Source: a virus. Taken from it: a stretch of DNA of 64,000 nt. Position 1 is the stretch's first letter, and every line of letters starts with the position of its first letter. The stretch covers positions 4,390 to 68,389 of IMG/VR virus record IMGVR_UViG_3300035703_000077, one strand, 5' to 3'. Positions 1-10,455 of this stretch are shown here, piece by piece. The position numbers and the translations under genes are program-made. The notes under the pieces are model-generated. The model was not told where the DNA came from and did not search any database. It worked only from the letters and a program-made list of their open reading frames with translations.

Positions 1-203
1 CTTGTTACAGGAGTTCCCCAACCACCAAGTTTACTTTCTTGTTTATTGTTTTTAACTTTATAGGTTTTGCCATTTAATTGAAATTCCGTCTTACCTTCCT
101 CTTTGGCTTTTTTAACTGCCATACCAAATGCATTACCTTCTTTAATTATTTTCTGTATTTCTTCTTTAATAATTTGTCTAAGTTTAAATTCTTTTAATTT
201 CAT
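1..203 (-). CDS. Partial small head-region protein (runs off the window) with shared N-terminal leader
   Basis: Not in the ORF track. Read manually from ATG at 203: MKLKEFKLRQIIKEEIQKIIKEGNAFGMAVKKAKEEGKTEFQLNGKTYKVK..., open to position 1. Confidence 0.75.
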   Translation of the reverse strand, partial: MKLKEFKLRQIIKEEIQKIIKEGNAFGMAVKKAKEEGKTEFQLNGKTYKVKNNKQESKLGGWGTPVT

Positions 204-253
204 ATTTAGTTATCCATTTAGTTACGTATCTATATATATTATAAAAAAATATT

Positions 254-856
254 TTATAAATTATCTAAATAATTGGTTAAATAACCAGCCACTCGGTATG
301 ATTTATTTTTAAGTAATTCAATATCATCTGGCTTTGCATTTGATTTTCGCTTAACCCAATCTGCACATAAAAATCCAATTGGTTTTTGGTCAAACGAATA
401 AAGTGGAAAATACATAGATGATCGTGTTCCACCTGTATCACCGACAGATCCTAGCCCGTGATAATCACTTTCTTTATAATCTTTAATATACAAGCCATCT
501 TCATTTAAAATATGAGCTAAAGATCTTGAATATAATGAACATGGGATTCCTTGAAAAAACGAAGATATTTTAGAAACAGAATCAGCAGTTTGCTCATAAA
601 AAATAGTAAATTTTTTAATAGATTTACCAGATGGATAGTAATATGCGCCATTATGAAATTGTGCAATCCACGCTCTATCTGCATCAACCTCTTCCAAAAT
701 GGAATTTAATTCAGCATTTATTAAATCTGAATTTGCTAATAGATCATCTAATGGATCTTTTTTATTTTTCTTTTTATTATCTAAATAAAATTTTGTTACT
801 ATTATAAGTAGAGGACCTAATACCCCAGTTAAAAACGCAATTACTATATCATTCAT
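254..856 (-). CDS. Single-TM protein with GAF-like soluble domain; possible T4 gpT-type holin
   Basis: N-terminal hydrophobic helix (IVIAFLTGVLGPLLIIV), basic stretch, then ADRAWIAQFHNG...SMYFPLYSFDQKPIGFLCADW, a GAF-like pattern. Confidence 0.45.
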   Translation of the reverse strand: MNDIVIAFLTGVLGPLLIIVTKFYLDNKKKNKKDPLDDLLANSDLINAELNSILEEVDADRAWIAQFHNGAYYYPSGKSIKKFTIFYEQTADSVSKISSFFQGIPCSLYSRSLAHILNEDGLYIKDYKESDYHGLGSVGDTGGTRSSMYFPLYSFDQKPIGFLCADWVKRKSNAKPDDIELLKNKSYRVAGYLTNYLDNL

Positions 857-949
857 TAATTTTTTCCAATTAAATTAAAATTATATAACCTAACACTATA
901 CATAAATATTTAATTTAATTATTTATTTGAACAATATGTATATTATGTA

Positions 950-1483
950 TTACTTTTTATTGTTTTTTAATTTTGTGTATTTAAAATATCTGGTTTGCTC
1001 TGCTACATTTTGTTTTTTGTATGTGTTCTCCACATTAGCAGGTGTCATTCCCAATCGTTGTCTCATCACAGACGGGTCAATGTCGTGAATTTCATAATAG
1101 CGAGATAAGATGTGTCCCATATCCTCATATAACGTACGAAGTCTAGTATCCAAATCTCTAGCTTCTACGGAAAATCTATCAAACTTTCTACCCAAATCTT
1201 CTAGCTCTTTCATATTACGTTTGATAGTTACTTTATCAAACCAGTCACCAGCTTCATTTAATGCTAATTCTTTTGCTGCTTCAACTATGCCACCAAGCGT
1301 TTCAGCCACCTCGGTTATATCAGATGGTCTTTCCATTTGATCTTCATATGCTCGGTATGCTGATATAATCTCTAAAAAGTGTTTTTTTAATTCATTAGAT
1401 AGTTGATTAGTTTGATTTTCGTTTAAAACAAATCTAAATTTATTTTTATGTAAAAAATCAGTTATATCAAATTGTTTTTTCAT
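950..1483 (-). CDS. Hypothetical helical head-region protein
   Basis: 177-aa ORF in the co-oriented head cluster; N-terminal VLNE motif. Confidence 0.7.
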   Translation of the reverse strand: MKKQFDITDFLHKNKFRFVLNENQTNQLSNELKKHFLEIISAYRAYEDQMERPSDITEVAETLGGIVEAAKELALNEAGDWFDKVTIKRNMKELEDLGRKFDRFSVEARDLDTRLRTLYEDMGHILSRYYEIHDIDPSVMRQRLGMTPANVENTYKKQNVAEQTRYFKYTKLKNNKK

Positions 1484-1512
1484 TTTTATGTCTCTTTATT
1501 TTATTGTTTGAA

Positions 1513-1791
1513 TTAAAACTCGTGATAGCCAGAATTGGCTTGTTCTATATAGTTTTCTGAATTTACAATATGGTCTTGAATCCACCCTGGAATATCTTTT
1601 TCCATCATTCCTATCTTTTCTTTTAATTCTGTCGCATTTTTTATAATGGAATCCAATGAAGTTTGCGCCATTGATACTTCGTGGTCTTGTTCCTGTATTG
1701 TAGGTTTGAATGCAGTATGAAACGGGTTTGAATGGACTTTACCCAATTCAAATCCTTCTTTTTGTAATATTTTTTTTAATCTCATATTCAT
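1513..1791 (-). CDS. Small hypothetical protein, putative internal head protein
   Basis: MNMRLKKILQKE leader; IQE junction before QDHEVSMAQ. Confidence 0.65.
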   Translation of the reverse strand: MNMRLKKILQKEGFELGKVHSNPFHTAFKPTIQEQDHEVSMAQTSLDSIIKNATELKEKIGMMEKDIPGWIQDHIVNSENYIEQANSGYHEF

Positions 1792-2045
1792 TTTTTATTT
1801 GAAGATTTATTTACGGATTCTTTCATTTCTTTATAAATTTCTTTAATCATTTCACGAATGATATTTTCAACTTTTTTTGGTAGTCCGGTATGTGAAGTTC
1901 CTGCATACTTACGTAATTCTTTTTCGGACATACTATCTACAATATTAAGGACTTCATCAGAAACTTCCGATCTTGGGGTGTCACCTCGTTTAACCGAAAG
2001 GGCAAGACCCATTATTTTTTGTTGTTGTTGCGATACTGCTGGCAT
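1788..2045 (-). CDS. DUF3008-like small protein
   Basis: MPAVSQQQQKIMGLALSVKRG...SMSEKELRKYAGT.H.GLP resembles DUF3008; C-terminal IIREMIKE helix. Confidence 0.55.
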   Translation of the reverse strand: MPAVSQQQQKIMGLALSVKRGDTPRSEVSDEVLNIVDSMSEKELRKYAGTSHTGLPKKVENIIREMIKEIYKEMKESVNKSSNKK

Positions 2046-2050
2046 TGTTT

Positions 2051-2494
2051 TTAATCTCCTTTTACTATTGTGTAAGATCTTGCTTTCACTTTCTTTTTAA
2101 TATCATCTACAGATAACTTTTTAGATAGCGGTGTATTTAATATAGAAAAATCACCACCAACTACCAAGCCATTTGGTAGTTTTTCCAACTTACTGCTATG
2201 AGCAAAAAAATTACCATCAACTTTTCTTAAATTTGGTAATTCTTTAATTTTAGTACCAACTATACTTAAATTACCCTTAACGTGAGTTAAAAGTGATAGT
2301 CCTTCTGGAACTTGTTTCAAATCCGAAAAATCCAAATCACCTTCTTGACCGTTTCTTACGTATGCATACACACGTTCTTTTGCAGGTTTAAAATAATACC
2401 TATTATCTGCGGATAAGGGTTTATCTGCATTAGAAAAAGATTCATTAATTACTTCTCTAATTATTTCTCGCAGTTGTGATTTTGTAATTTTCAT
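2051..2494 (-). CDS. Leader-bearing protein with short leucine-rich-repeat-like solenoid
   Basis: MKITKSQLREIIREVINE leader; repeats LKQVPEGL / IKELPNL / LEKLPNGL with VxGN/GD strands; AAGGA upstream. Confidence 0.65.
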   Translation of the reverse strand: MKITKSQLREIIREVINESFSNADKPLSADNRYYFKPAKERVYAYVRNGQEGDLDFSDLKQVPEGLSLLTHVKGNLSIVGTKIKELPNLRKVDGNFFAHSSKLEKLPNGLVVGGDFSILNTPLSKKLSVDDIKKKVKARSYTIVKGD

Positions 2495-2537
2495 TGATTT
2501 ATCCTTTTTATGTATATAAATATCATTTTTTGTTTTT

Positions 2538-3119
2538 TTAACGTAACATTATCATTTCTTTCATTAGGTGCTGTGCTCTACACCAATCACCACATTTGTC
2601 CGCAGTTATTTTATTTACAACTGATTCGTAAATAGGTGTCATAAATGCACCGTGGGTGGATGGGTTAGATACAAAATCCCAACATAACAATTCAAAATCC
2701 TCACCAACTTCTGTCTTTCCACCGTTTTGTTGAGTTGAACCCATACCACGAGATGAAATACCTAATAGAATTTCAGCTCTCAATAATTCTTTTAGAATAT
2801 TACCAGATGGTGTTGGTAAAATTTCAACTACACCAACAATATCGTTTCCATTCCAATATAATTCTTTTATGTTATGGGATACATTTTTTAAATTAATAAC
2901 GGTAGAATCTGGGTGGTCTAATTCACCAAGTGCTCTACGTTCTTTGATTAATTTTTGGTATTTATCAACTTCACGACGTAAAACACGTTCAGGATATATT
3001 CTACCATTTTGGTTTTCTGCACCTGCACGCTGTAGGACACCCTTTACAAGTGTCCTACCATTTGCATCCTCATTTATTTTACCTTCAAAAAGTTGTGTTT
3101 CAATTAAAAGTGATTTCAT
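2538..3119 (-). CDS. Prohead core protease (T4 gp21-like)
   Basis: Motifs NQNGRIYP, GELDHP, GISSRGMGS, DFVSNPS; lies downstream of the portal gene. Confidence 0.93.
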   Translation of the reverse strand: MKSLLIETQLFEGKINEDANGRTLVKGVLQRAGAENQNGRIYPERVLRREVDKYQKLIKERRALGELDHPDSTVINLKNVSHNIKELYWNGNDIVGVVEILPTPSGNILKELLRAEILLGISSRGMGSTQQNGGKTEVGEDFELLCWDFVSNPSTHGAFMTPIYESVVNKITADKCGDWCRAQHLMKEMIMLR

Positions 3120-3150
3120 TTTTATACTCTCTTGTTAAATAGTATTGTAA

Positions 3151-3522
3151 CTATTTTCTTTTCTTTGCGTGATGGCGTAGTCTGCCAAATTCCGATACTC
3201 TACGTCTAAAAGATTCAGTCTTACCAGTCCAACCCTTATCAACTTGAGTAAAAAACTTTTTCTTCTCATCATCAGTCATGTCAGCAGGTGAAGATTTACC
3301 AGTTTTTTCTAATTCTTTTCTAAAATAAGTCTGGTATTCCGTATCAGCTTCTTTTAAATTTTTGATTACATTTGCTTCAGAGACCGGAACGCAATTTGGA
3401 ACTTCTTTACCATCTTTCATTTTCATTCCAACTTGCGTATAACCTTCCCAACAAGGATTTTCATTTAATTCTTTGATGGTTTCTCTTATCATTTCTCTTA
3501 ATTGTGATTTTGTAATTTTCAT
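3151..3522 (-). CDS. Leader-bearing small protein, putative internal head protein
   Basis: MKITKSQLREMIRETIKELNE leader, then PCWEGYTQVGMKMKDGKEVPNCVP module; further VSE/LKE junctions. Confidence 0.7.
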   Translation of the reverse strand: MKITKSQLREMIRETIKELNENPCWEGYTQVGMKMKDGKEVPNCVPVSEANVIKNLKEADTEYQTYFRKELEKTGKSSPADMTDDEKKKFFTQVDKGWTGKTESFRRRVSEFGRLRHHAKKRK

Positions 3523-3554
3523 TTTTGTAATTCCTTTTATTATATAAGTAAAAC

Positions 3555-4007
3555 TTATTTAGATAATTGTTTAATTTTTTCGGATAATGTTTTTATTCTC
3601 TCACTTATTGCACCAAGATGTTTCTGTGTTCTTTTCCAATAATTATTTGGCTCAAGCTCGTTTTCATTTTTAATTCTACCATACCATTCAACAAACTTTT
3701 CCATTTCGGTGAGTTGATTTCTTAACTCTCGTATTCCAACTCCAATTTTTTGATTTGGAGTTTTTCTTTCTTTTTTAAGTTTCAACCAACGATTTTCTAC
3801 TAATTTATCCTTTGATTCTTTAAATTCTTTAAATGTAGTATATCCAGTTAAATTAGCTAAACGTTCTACTCTATCATCGTCTTTTTTACCAAACGCAAAT
3901 GGAGTGTTGTATCCTGATATATTACCAGTTACACTAATTTCTTCTAACTCATCTTCCATTTCTTTTATGGTTTGTCTAATAAACTCTCTTAACTTATTTG
4001 CTTTCAT
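3555..4007 (-). CDS. Leader-bearing hypothetical head protein
   Basis: MKANKLREFIRQTIKE leader; GYNTPFAF motif; LVE junction. Confidence 0.7.
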   Translation of the reverse strand: MKANKLREFIRQTIKEMEDELEEISVTGNISGYNTPFAFGKKDDDRVERLANLTGYTTFKEFKESKDKLVENRWLKLKKERKTPNQKIGVGIRELRNQLTEMEKFVEWYGRIKNENELEPNNYWKRTQKHLGAISERIKTLSEKIKQLSK

Positions 4008-4876
4008 TTTAATTTATCTCCAATTTCCTTTGCTAATTCATATGATAACATTAACATAGATACATTGTCATCCGACACAACTTTATTTACTTTAATATCT
4101 TCCATTATTTTAATGGTTTCATTTAGCTTAATATTAGTTGTTTTGTCACAAATTTGCTCATTAAGTTTTTTTAACTTTAAAATTGAATTTTTCAATTCAG
4201 TTTTGTAATATTCAACAAAACCAGTAGTATTACTTATATTATTTATATACTGCTCTAATAATTTTTTTTGATTCTTGCTTAATTTCGTAGTGTATTTTTT
4301 ATTAAAATTTTCAACCAAAATTTTATAAGTAAGTAATCTTAAATCTTTATCTTGGTTTGAGAAAGTTTTTAATATTGCTGACTCTTCAATTTTATCTTTA
4401 TTTTTTGTTTGAGTATTTGAAATGTGCTCAATGAGAGTAACTTTAGCATCAAACTTATCTTTAATATTGAATGAATTTGTATTATTTGATTCAAACAATT
4501 TATAAATAGATGCCAATTGACGATAATTAGTTAATGGATACGATAAAAACTTATCTAAATCAAATGATTCTTTAATAGTCTTAATAAGTTCATACTTTTC
4601 TCTAATTAATTTTTTATCATTTATTTTCTTTCGCTCTTCACATACTACATCTATAAACTTTTCAGCACTATTTTCTGTTTTGTATTTTTCTTTGAGTAAC
4701 AATTCGTATAATCGCAATTCCTTAGATAATTCAGTTTTTTTATTAAAGAATTCGTGTAAAATACGCTTGGATTTACCAACGGTATCCCCATTTATAACCT
4801 CCAAAGTTATTTGTCTAACTAATAATTCAAATAAAATACCTGTATTTTTGAATTTTGAATGTTTTAATTTTTTCAT
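4004..4876 (-). CDS. Hypothetical head-assembly protein between portal and protease
   Basis: KHSKFKNTGILFELLVRQIT N-terminus; ATG at 4876 preferred over TTG at 4888. Confidence 0.7.
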   Translation of the reverse strand: MKKLKHSKFKNTGILFELLVRQITLEVINGDTVGKSKRILHEFFNKKTELSKELRLYELLLKEKYKTENSAEKFIDVVCEERKKINDKKLIREKYELIKTIKESFDLDKFLSYPLTNYRQLASIYKLFESNNTNSFNIKDKFDAKVTLIEHISNTQTKNKDKIEESAILKTFSNQDKDLRLLTYKILVENFNKKYTTKLSKNQKKLLEQYINNISNTTGFVEYYKTELKNSILKLKKLNEQICDKTTNIKLNETIKIMEDIKVNKVVSDDNVSMLMLSYELAKEIGDKLK

Positions 4877-4914
4877 TTCTTTTTCCAATTATCTATTATA
4901 TAAATATAACATTA

Positions 4915-6669
4915 TTATAAATCCATATAATCGATCAAATTATCCTCATTTAATATTGTTTTTTTATTATTTCTACTCTTCAAAAAGTTTAAAATTTTGT
5001 TTTTTGGAATAGATTCGGATACTCTATTTCGATTTTTGTGATTTTCCTTGTCACCCAATGGATCTCTACCATATGGATGTCTATCTTTTCTATAAGAACT
5101 TGTGTCCTTTGGTCGACCACCCCCATTGCCATCATTTGGTTTGTTTCTGCCATCTTCTATTTCTTTTTTTATCCTATGTATTTCTTCTTCAACATCGGTT
5201 GCGCTTCTATTTTCTTCGGCAGCTGGATCGGTTCCTTCATTTTCAATTGTATTATATCTATATTTTTCCATTAAATCTCTAATGATCTTACCGCGCTCCT
5301 CTTTGGCTTCATTATCACCAATATTCATAATATTTTTATAAATCCAATCATCAGACACCATCTTAATTTCTTTCATATCACGAACCAATGAAACTTTGGT
5401 TGCCCATAAATTAATCTTTTCTTGTTCGTATATTGTGGATGAGTTAGTTAGTGTTAAATTAAAATCAGTTAATCTATCATCAGTAACTCCTTGTGTATAT
5501 AAGTGTATAATAGCTATTTTAGTTAATTCACTCTCAAGTATACGCTGTATGCGCTCTATCGTTCTAGCAAATCTAACATCGTGCGCTGCAAGAGTTGCTT
5601 TACCAGATAAATCTTCTTCGTAAGATAAGTATGCCTTTGGAACTTTAAGTGCTGCAAATAATCTTTTTTGCAAATACTCAATATCTTCAATGGCAGCATA
5701 TTCAAGACCTGCCAAATTCTCAATGGATGTTCCACTATCACCACCCCTAACCGGTAAAAAGAAATCCTCGGTTAAGTTTTGCATATTAAATTTTAAATTA
5801 TAGTCACCCGTTCTCTTATCAACCAATTCGGCTTTTTTCATTTTATTCATTATTTTTTGCATAAAATTATCAATTTCGGTTGGATTTATACCACCAATAT
5901 CAATTTTAAATATGCGTTTTTCGGGTGCTCTCATTATTCTATGAATAAGCATAGCATCTTCCATCAGGGTTAATTGTTTCCAAATACGTCTAGCATTTTC
6001 TAACATAGATTTACCATATGGTAAAAAGTTTGTATCAGCTAATAATCTAAAATGTGCCATTTCAAAGTTATCATACTCACCCCTACCTAGCGGATCTTGT
6101 TCTACTTTAAATTTAACTTTGTTTGGATCTTCACTATCCCAACCTTCCAATCTTTCGGTATAATAAACTGATTGTGGATGTACATTTATTATTCCTAAAT
6201 TTTCAGATATTTCCAATGCCATATAAAAATCACCATATTTGGCTAAATTTCTAGTCCACGGCCACAAATTAAACTCAATGTTCATTATATCATAGAATAA
6301 ATTGTGTAATCTATCTTTAATGTCATCATCATTGGATTGAATCATCAATACGTCGCCAAATTCATTTTTGGTAGTAGCTTCATCAGCCATAACGTCCAAT
6401 GCAGATGCAATAATTGAGTCAGAATCCATTGCATCATAATCTCTAAACAATCTATGTCTATTATATTGATATGCCATTGCCATATCGGCAGTATTGTATT
6501 CATAATTTTTATGAAGACGCATAAATCTATCTTGCAAAACATTAATATTAGTTTGCTGTCTTTCATTAAAATCTATTACTTTAATTTTACCATCTTTGTC
6601 TTTAATGACAACGTCATTTGAAAACATTGATCGTAGCCTGTCTAACCAAGTTTTATCATTATTAGCCAT
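4915..6669 (-). CDS. Portal vertex protein (T4 gp20-like)
   Basis: LMEDAMLIHRIMRAPEKRIFKIDIG, EDFFLPVRG, DIEYLQKRLFAALKVP motifs. Confidence 0.95.
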   Translation of the reverse strand: MANNDKTWLDRLRSMFSNDVVIKDKDGKIKVIDFNERQQTNINVLQDRFMRLHKNYEYNTADMAMAYQYNRHRLFRDYDAMDSDSIIASALDVMADEATTKNEFGDVLMIQSNDDDIKDRLHNLFYDIMNIEFNLWPWTRNLAKYGDFYMALEISENLGIINVHPQSVYYTERLEGWDSEDPNKVKFKVEQDPLGRGEYDNFEMAHFRLLADTNFLPYGKSMLENARRIWKQLTLMEDAMLIHRIMRAPEKRIFKIDIGGINPTEIDNFMQKIMNKMKKAELVDKRTGDYNLKFNMQNLTEDFFLPVRGGDSGTSIENLAGLEYAAIEDIEYLQKRLFAALKVPKAYLSYEEDLSGKATLAAHDVRFARTIERIQRILESELTKIAIIHLYTQGVTDDRLTDFNLTLTNSSTIYEQEKINLWATKVSLVRDMKEIKMVSDDWIYKNIMNIGDNEAKEERGKIIRDLMEKYRYNTIENEGTDPAAEENRSATDVEEEIHRIKKEIEDGRNKPNDGNGGGRPKDTSSYRKDRHPYGRDPLGDKENHKNRNRVSESIPKNKILNFLKSRNNKKTILNEDNLIDYMDL

Positions 6670-6672
6670 ATA

Positions 6673-6936
6673 TTATATTTCTTTTATTCTTATAGTTAAA
6701 GGTGTTTTACCTTTTATAACTCTGTGGAACATTTCCTTTGGTATTTCTATTGTCATACCTTCTTTTAGTTGGACAGGAACTTTATTATCCATTTGCAATT
6801 CCCAACCTTCACCTTTTAAAATTTCTACAATTCTATCTTTCTTATCTCTATGCCATACCAATTCGTGTCCGTCAACATTTTCATCAAATGTTCGTATAAT
6901 GTGATTTTTATTTTTTATCTGTCTGTATGGCTTCAT
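6673..6936 (-). CDS. Small cupin-fold protein
   Basis: WHRD...E...G.GW...IPKEMFHRVIKG cupin-type His pattern. Confidence 0.6.
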   Translation of the reverse strand: MKPYRQIKNKNHIIRTFDENVDGHELVWHRDKKDRIVEILKGEGWELQMDNKVPVQLKEGMTIEIPKEMFHRVIKGKTPLTIRIKEI

Positions 6937-6939
6937 AAA

Positions 6940-7503
6940 TTACCAATAAGTATTCATATTTTTACTACCACCAAGTAACTTCCAATATCTTGGGATATTG
7001 CAACTCCAATAACCAGCTGAAGTTCTATCTTTTTTATTTTTACAATCGTGTCTATCCGCAAATGCGCGTCTTGCTTCTGGGTTATTAATCTTGGCCGTTA
7101 GCCCACCTTTTGCATCTCCAAAATTTACTTTTACCACATTGCCTTTTTCATTTTTAACATATACTTGATACTTTTTAGGTCCAGATGATCTAGATGGCTT
7201 GTTTAATTCAACATCTCTACCTTGATATTCGGCTTCTTTAATAATTGTTGGAAAATCTAATAAAACTTTCTTACCCTCATAGATTCCAACCTTACCCAAA
7301 TCAGTTTTTAAAAACCATTGATCCATTTGGTTTATTTCTTGTAATAACCCATTATTATACAATTTTCTGGCTTCATTAAATAATTTAAAGAATTCAAGTG
7401 ATCCACTGCGAAATATATTTTCAGATATAGGTATTTTATTATCTAAATGATATTTCATACCTTCGCTTAATAATTTAGTAATATTTTCATTTAACAATTT
7501 CAT
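6940..7503 (-). CDS. Two-module hypothetical protein, putative head cargo
   Basis: Likely start MKLLNENITKLLSE at 7503; IIKE junction before the AEYQGRDVELNKP...KVNFGD...RHDC...AGYWSC module. Confidence 0.7.
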   Translation of the reverse strand: MKLLNENITKLLSEGMKYHLDNKIPISENIFRSGSLEFFKLFNEARKLYNNGLLQEINQMDQWFLKTDLGKVGIYEGKKVLLDFPTIIKEAEYQGRDVELNKPSRSSGPKKYQVYVKNEKGNVVKVNFGDAKGGLTAKINNPEARRAFADRHDCKNKKDRTSAGYWSCNIPRYWKLLGGSKNMNTYW

Positions 7504-7528
7504 AAACATAAATATATAATTTATTAAA

Positions 7529-9103
7529 TTATTTAAATAACCATCTAATATCTTCTTTGCTATCACCAACTTCTATTGAATATGGGTCTTCATTATTCCC
7601 ATTTTGCACATACATACCAACTGAATAAGATGATATATTTTCTAATGCTTTAGTCGTAATGTTAATTCCCTCTTGTTTTAATCTAATAGCCGTGTCTCTA
7701 ATCCATAATGATATTGAAAATGCCATAACAAGGTCATCATTGTAGCCTTGCATTGCCTGTGCCTTTGAGTTTTTCCAAATAAATACAAATAATTCATCTA
7801 TAAGTCGTGTTGATTTTATTGTAATCGCCTTTGACGTTAAATACTCATCTAGTTTGGATATAATAAGTGGTCTAGTGCGTGATGTAGTTGAAAAACCTGC
7901 AACCAAATTACGTTCAGACGCATTTATTTTGTTTGTCAATTGACGTTGTGTATCTACATAACGTAAATCCTTACTCATATAAAACAAATTGCCATAATTT
8001 CTATCAATACATTGCTGAATAGTTGCCCAACCAACGTTTGAATTTTCTATCACTAAAAGTGCATCGTTATATTCAGTTGCAAGTGAAACCAAAAAGTTAC
8101 CAAAGTCTTTTGTATCCATCTTACCTTTGTATTCTGCAACTTGGGTTAGATTTACTATGTCTATAACTTGAGCACCTGAATAGTCAGATGCATCACCCCT
8201 AGCAACGTCCGCACATACAATATAGGTTCCACTTGTGTTTGGATATTCCCATATCCATAAATTACCATCAATACCACGCTTTTCTTGTGGTTCTTCAATG
8301 TGTGTATTTTTATAAAACATTAAAATATCAGGATCTATTACATTATCACCCGAGCTTATAAACGAACAATCACATTCTTGTGCTGCGGCTTTAACTCCTA
8401 ATAATCGGTCTTGCTCATCTCTCCATCGTTTGTCTCGCTCTGGATGGACTGACCAATGCAATTTTGTTGTCATAAACCCATTTAGTCCATTTTCAGCATC
8501 CATCCAAGTTTTGTGAAACCAGTTTCCAACACCATTTGGCGTAGAAAGTGCAATACAACTACCACCTGTAGATAACGTAGATTGTGCAGAAATCCAAATT
8601 TCTTCGGCAACATCAATAAACGCAGCCTCATCAAAAACTAAAAGTGAAAGTGCTTCAGATCTACCTGCGTCTGGTGAAGATGCGATTGCTTTAATTTGAG
8701 ATCCATTTGCTAAACGCAACGATAATTTATTATCTTCCGCAGCCGCACCTCGTAACCACGTTGGTAATAAGTCGTGCATCACCCTAACTTTTGTAACCAA
8801 ATTTTTAGCAACTTCTTGCTTTGTTGCAATAATCAAAACATTAAAATCATTATTAAATAACATTTTCCACAATGAAAACCCAGCAACCAATGTAGAAATA
8901 CCAGTTTGGCGTGATTTTAAAACAATATTAAATCTATTGTCTTTAAAATTTACTAAAGTTTTTTCTTGAAATGGGTATAGATGAAATGGGATTTTACCTC
9001 TAATTGGATGCTGTATTTTACAATATTTTTTCATAAAATACACAGGATCTACTGCACATTTTTTATAATCATCCGCAATTAAGTCTTTTAATGATTTTGA
9101 CAT
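7529..9103 (-). CDS. Terminase large subunit (T4 gp17-like)
   Basis: Walker A KSRQTGIS, Walker B LVFDEAAF, coupling motif STPNG, nuclease ADVARG...D, IENSN, NDDLVMA. Confidence 0.96.
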   Translation of the reverse strand: MSKSLKDLIADDYKKCAVDPVYFMKKYCKIQHPIRGKIPFHLYPFQEKTLVNFKDNRFNIVLKSRQTGISTLVAGFSLWKMLFNNDFNVLIIATKQEVAKNLVTKVRVMHDLLPTWLRGAAAEDNKLSLRLANGSQIKAIASSPDAGRSEALSLLVFDEAAFIDVAEEIWISAQSTLSTGGSCIALSTPNGVGNWFHKTWMDAENGLNGFMTTKLHWSVHPERDKRWRDEQDRLLGVKAAAQECDCSFISSGDNVIDPDILMFYKNTHIEEPQEKRGIDGNLWIWEYPNTSGTYIVCADVARGDASDYSGAQVIDIVNLTQVAEYKGKMDTKDFGNFLVSLATEYNDALLVIENSNVGWATIQQCIDRNYGNLFYMSKDLRYVDTQRQLTNKINASERNLVAGFSTTSRTRPLIISKLDEYLTSKAITIKSTRLIDELFVFIWKNSKAQAMQGYNDDLVMAFSISLWIRDTAIRLKQEGINITTKALENISSYSVGMYVQNGNNEDPYSIEVGDSKEDIRWLFK

Positions 9104-9114
9104 ATACCCTACCT

Positions 9115-9708
9115 TTATTTTAGTGGAACGTAATACTTAATTCCCATATATGGTTTTATTGTGCTATTCAATGGATTTGATGTCAAACCAAAGTCTAAAC
9201 CATAAATTGTTTTAGATTTTGTTTTTAATATTATAGAGCCAGTTGCGTTATTGAACAAATTACTACCACCAAATCCAACACCACCGCCGATATAAAATTC
9301 AGTTCTTGGTGGTTGTATTATTGTAATTTCTTTCGTTATATATACAGAATTTAGTGAAGCATTTACATTTCTGTTTAAAATACTATTTTCAGTTACGGTA
9401 TCTGTAACAATAACAAACCCGTGTTCTTTAAAATTAAGAGTATCTACATACTCAAACTTTGAATAATAATCTTTTATAACTTGGGAGGTATCAATGTAAA
9501 TTGGAACCTTTAATGTTTCAACTCTAGTTCTAAATATTGTGCTTCCTTTTTTAAATATCGTAGTATCTTTTGTTACAACTAATGTATCTATTTTAACTTC
9601 TTCTATTGGTTTTTGGCTTTCAATTACACTTATTCTGTATAAGAAAAATGAACTTAACCCTATTAAAAATAGTATTAAAAAAAATCTAAAATCAAACGAT
9701 GATTTCAT
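9115..9708 (-). CDS. Membrane-anchored hypothetical protein
   Basis: N-terminal TM helix; beta-rich aromatic C-terminus. Confidence 0.6.
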   Translation of the reverse strand: MKSSFDFRFFLILFLIGLSSFFLYRISVIESQKPIEEVKIDTLVVTKDTTIFKKGSTIFRTRVETLKVPIYIDTSQVIKDYYSKFEYVDTLNFKEHGFVIVTDTVTENSILNRNVNASLNSVYITKEITIIQPPRTEFYIGGGVGFGGSNLFNNATGSIILKTKSKTIYGLDFGLTSNPLNSTIKPYMGIKYYVPLK

Positions 9709-10360
9709 AATTAAACTCCTTTAATTTATTATATGCTTCTTTGTTTATTTTTATAACCATATCAAGTTGATCCTTTACCAAGTTAATTTCAGTTAACATA
9801 TCTGCTTTTATTTCATCAATCGGTTTGTCCAATTTCCAAGTTTGAGTTGTGCCGTCTGAATTAACATAGGTATATTCTTGTTTAACTTCACTATATGCTT
9901 GATTTAAATTATCTAATATTTCTTGGGCTTCTTTAATCATATCTTGTGATACTCGCCAGGTTTTGTAAGTTTCCCAGTTTCCGTCAACTCGTATGGGGTG
10001 CTCCAACTCACTCAAACAAGATGAGCAGTAACTATATTTTTCAATTACCTTTTTATCTGTTTTTGAGTATTTACCAGTTTTAGAACAAGTTGACCGGGAA
10101 CATCTTGTTTTTTCGTACAATTGGTTTCTAACTTCAGACATAATGTCTGTCAATTTTGATTTCTTTACTTTAAATCCTTCTTTTTGTTCCCAAATTTTAC
10201 CATCTTCATCCTCCCATACGTCGCCAACTTTTCTAGTAGGTGTATCTTTTATTTTAGTGTACCCAACTTTAATATCACTATCATATTCACCCGTATGTAT
10301 CATTTCAACGAGTTTTCTACGTGTTGGGTGCATAAATTTATTATTAAACTCTTTAGCCAT
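9692..10360 (-). CDS. Hypothetical protein with Cys pairs, upstream of terminase
   Basis: RKVGDVWEDEDGKIWEQKEG; CSRSTC...CSSC. Confidence 0.65.
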   Translation of the reverse strand: MAKEFNNKFMHPTRRKLVEMIHTGEYDSDIKVGYTKIKDTPTRKVGDVWEDEDGKIWEQKEGFKVKKSKLTDIMSEVRNQLYEKTRCSRSTCSKTGKYSKTDKKVIEKYSYCSSCLSELEHPIRVDGNWETYKTWRVSQDMIKEAQEILDNLNQAYSEVKQEYTYVNSDGTTQTWKLDKPIDEIKADMLTEINLVKDQLDMVIKINKEAYNKLKEFNYEIIV

Positions 10361-10402
10361 ATTAATTAAACTATTACTATTATATATAAGTATATATAAA
10401 AC

Positions 10403-10431
10403 AAAAAAACCTCTATTTTTAGTAGAGGTTT
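10403..10431 (-). terminator. Intrinsic terminator
   Basis: Minus strand AAACCTCTA-loop-TAGAGGTTT followed by a T-run. Confidence 0.75.
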
Positions 10432-10455
10432 AGTGTTGAGATGTGTTCATTTGTT

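Noticed and set aside
7529-9103. Intein in terminase, portal or primase
   Set aside because: Protein lengths are normal and motifs are contiguous.
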